A stretch of 53,950 nucleotides of DNA, counting the filler, from Catajapyx aquilonaris (taxonomy: Eukaryota), in assembly GCA_000934665.2 (NCBI GenBank). It is 3 parts of 3 records of this genome, joined end to end, with 100 filler letters (N's around TTAATTAATTAA, not from the genome) between each part and the next. Parts side by side here need not be neighbours in the genome. Positions count along the whole stretch, not along the records: positions 36,066 to 53,950 come from KZ539600.1; 2 more parts are not named here. One strand, 5' to 3'. Of this stretch, positions 51,501-53,950 are shown piece after piece (position 1 is the stretch's first letter; each line of letters begins with the position of its first letter). The translations under genes and the position numbers were made by a program. The notes below the pieces were generated by a model. The model did not search any database. It was not told the origin of the DNA and was given only the letters and a program-made list of their open reading frames with translations.

Positions 51501-53122
51501 TTTTGTCACGCTTTATTGGGTGTTCATGTGGTTTTATTAGAAGCAAGTGTGGGATTTTGTGCAGCATTGCAGCGTTCCGTACTTAAATTCATGAGAGTGC
51601 AGGGTTGCATATAGGAACATGCAAATGTTTAAAATGCAAAATTTAAAAGAGGCAGAGCATTGCACAAGTTCCCATGATTTGTGCAGTTTTGGGTTTTTTT
51701 TTCTTCTTACGTGAAGTTCTTCACACGTGTGACGTGTTTGTCTGAATGGTAAGTAGTAAGTGGTGAACGTAGCTAGGTAGATTAGAGACGCAGGATAAAT
51801 GCCTGAAATGGTTTGACAAAACCTGTGATGTGTGACAAAAAATGGCATTTGCCTGCAATGTTAGCAGCATTATTGTTATTGCCTGAAAGTTAGTAACCCC
51901 CATTGTGTTATAGATGGAATGCTGCCATGTTATGTGTCAACTGTAGTTGTTATGGATAGTGAATACCTCTTGTGGTTATTATAACCATACCTCTGTCCTT
52001 ATTGCTCTAGAATAGACTCTAGCTAGATGTCAGTTGGTGGAGGTAAAGCCCAGGTTCAGTGAAGCCACTGCAGCGATGACTCATCTGTTTGTAAGTGCGT
52101 AGGGCTTCTCAAGCTCCATTGCAAGTCCTAATACTTGTACGTGCGAAGTTATTGGACAAAATAACAATGCAGGTCAAATTTACAGTACATTAAAATAAGC
52201 CAGTATTGTTAGATTCCCAGCCAACCCTTTAGTATGTAATGGAGCCTGAGAAGCAATCTGACACAATACTTAACACCCCTTTTCTTTTTTTTGTCTGGCC
52301 ACCCCCTTTTCAAACCAAACAAAAAAAAAAAAACATGTGACCTGCTCATATGAACTCCTGGTGTGTTGAATGTGTGGGCATGTCCAGTTTGCATGTGATT
52401 CGCTGTGCATGCAGTCTTCAGATGAGACCCGAGTTGGAGGGAGGCACAAAAGGGAAGCTCCTGGACACTCCGAAGCCAGGACGGCTGAGAAGCGTCCTGC
52501 GAAAGGACGGGGGCGTAGGAAGGAGGTTAGTTGGGTGTCGAATGTGGGTAAAAAAAAAGTGGTAGCACCCAACATACCAGTTTTATGACAAAATCATAAT
52601 TTATGACTTGTGCTGTTGTTGCATGTGCTGTTGGCTGTTTTGTTCCTTTTTATCTGACTGATAAGGTTTTTTGATTGTTGCCAAGTTTTATACTGCTGAT
52701 ATATTATGGTGGTGATTGTTTTTGACGTCACAGTATTACATACATTTCTGTTTAAAGGCATTGCTGCGATGACTTTCAAATAGAAATGGTTAAAATCCCA
52801 TCTCCTGACCTTCTTTCCACAAACCTGCACTTTGCACTTTCTATGCTAATTAACCAGAAGCACTGCAGCTCATTTTCACTCTGACTTACGTATATAAAAA
52901 AACACAAACATGTTATATTTTTTAAGTTATATTGCACCTTACGAGTTTGGTATACAATGGGAACTAATTATTCATATGTGTCTTCCTTCCCCTTTTCTTT
53001 TTACAATTCTTTGTCTGAAAATGCAGAGCCGGGCCCAAAAATATGGGCGATTTCATGGATACAGGCTTATGACATCCGTTGCCACACCGGTCTTCGACAG
53101 GAACAATTTTACTGAGACTAAG
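48542..53122 (+). CDS. stj: Voltage-dependent calcium channel subunit alpha-2/delta (straightjacket/CACNA2D3-like), internal exons, incomplete at both ends
   Basis: Exons 48542-48797 ([20 protein letters not shown]), 48923-49054 ([21 protein letters not shown]), 49235-49494 ([24 protein letters not shown]), 49585-49695, 49758-49950 ([28 protein letters not shown]), 50072-50208 (VMARP, WTQVYAD), 51109-51336, possibly 52415-52525, and 53027-53122 ([12 protein letters not shown]). Phases are consistent. Confidence 0.95.
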
Positions 53123-53950
53123 GTGAGCCATTTATTTCTCGCAATTTGTTGTTGTCTCGTGTTATTTGTCAGTGGCTGGGGGGAGCATAAAGTAGACTTG
53201 CCTTTGATGGTGGTAGTGTTGGCTCTTTCAAATGCCCATTCAAGTGCACTTTGGAAGGGAATGTAGTTTATTTTTTAAATAAAAATTGTGTGTTGTTGTA
53301 TGATGTTCAGGGGACGAGACAATATTTATGCTAATTTTCCTGCTTATTGAGGTGTTTGGGGGAAGTGTAACAATGTTTCCGTTGTTCCCTCTCCCCCATT
53401 TTGTGATGGCATCCATTGAAGAGGGTGAGCGATGGGGTTAGCAATGGTGACGCTGTGCAAGCAGGTGACATTGTGACCAAACAGGTAGTTTGCTCTCTAT
53501 ACCTGCAAACAATAACCAAAGCTATGATTGTGTCATGTTTATTTATTTATTTATTTCTTGAATAGCAGAAGTAGGGGAACTTAGCTCTCTTTCTCTACAA
53601 ATCCTCCCCTTCCTATACTACTTCTATTGCCTGCTGAGAGTCAAACAATCCCATTTGATGTACAGATGCATCTGGTTATAATCATATTATGGCGTTAATA
53701 TAATTTACTACAGGTAATAAATTAATAACTTATCCCTAATGAAGTAATTTTTCAGTTTTTTTATGTTGCGAGTATGTTCGAGTTCATAAAGGTATTTATG
53801 AGATACAACTTAATGAATAATACAGACAGTGCTTCTGATTAATGTCTGATGCACTTTCTTGAAATTACAGAGAATGAGTTGTCAAACTTCATTTTACATT
53901 CTTTGATCTGCTCAATAAAATAGATTGCAAATGGAAGAAATTAAAATACT

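Overview
Eukaryotic, intron-rich DNA, most likely arthropod (inferred from the gene content). It consists of three blocks joined by artificial 100-bp spacers (N44-TTAATTAATTAA-N44 at 17942-18041 and 35966-36065), plus a sized gap at 45641-45946. Block 1 (1-17941) holds two tandem minus-strand GH18 chitinases with C-terminal CBM14 domains (one complete, one missing its 5' exons), a probable fossil hAT transposase and several MITEs. Block 2 (18042-35965) is a transposon-rich region: TTAA-flanked Kolobok-like foldback MITEs including an ~890-bp near-perfect palindrome, CACTA-, Harbinger-, piggyBac- and hAT-type MITEs, and a Gypsy pol fragment. It also contains a multi-exon gene with a large K/S/E-rich repeat exon. 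Block 3 (36066-53950) holds two divergent tandem paralogues of an unrecognised LRR-like family with a candidate N-terminal BC-box, and the middle exons of a calcium-channel alpha2-delta gene (straightjacket-like) with candidate cassette exons. No CRISPR, rRNA or tRNA was seen. All calls are by eye; no database search was run.
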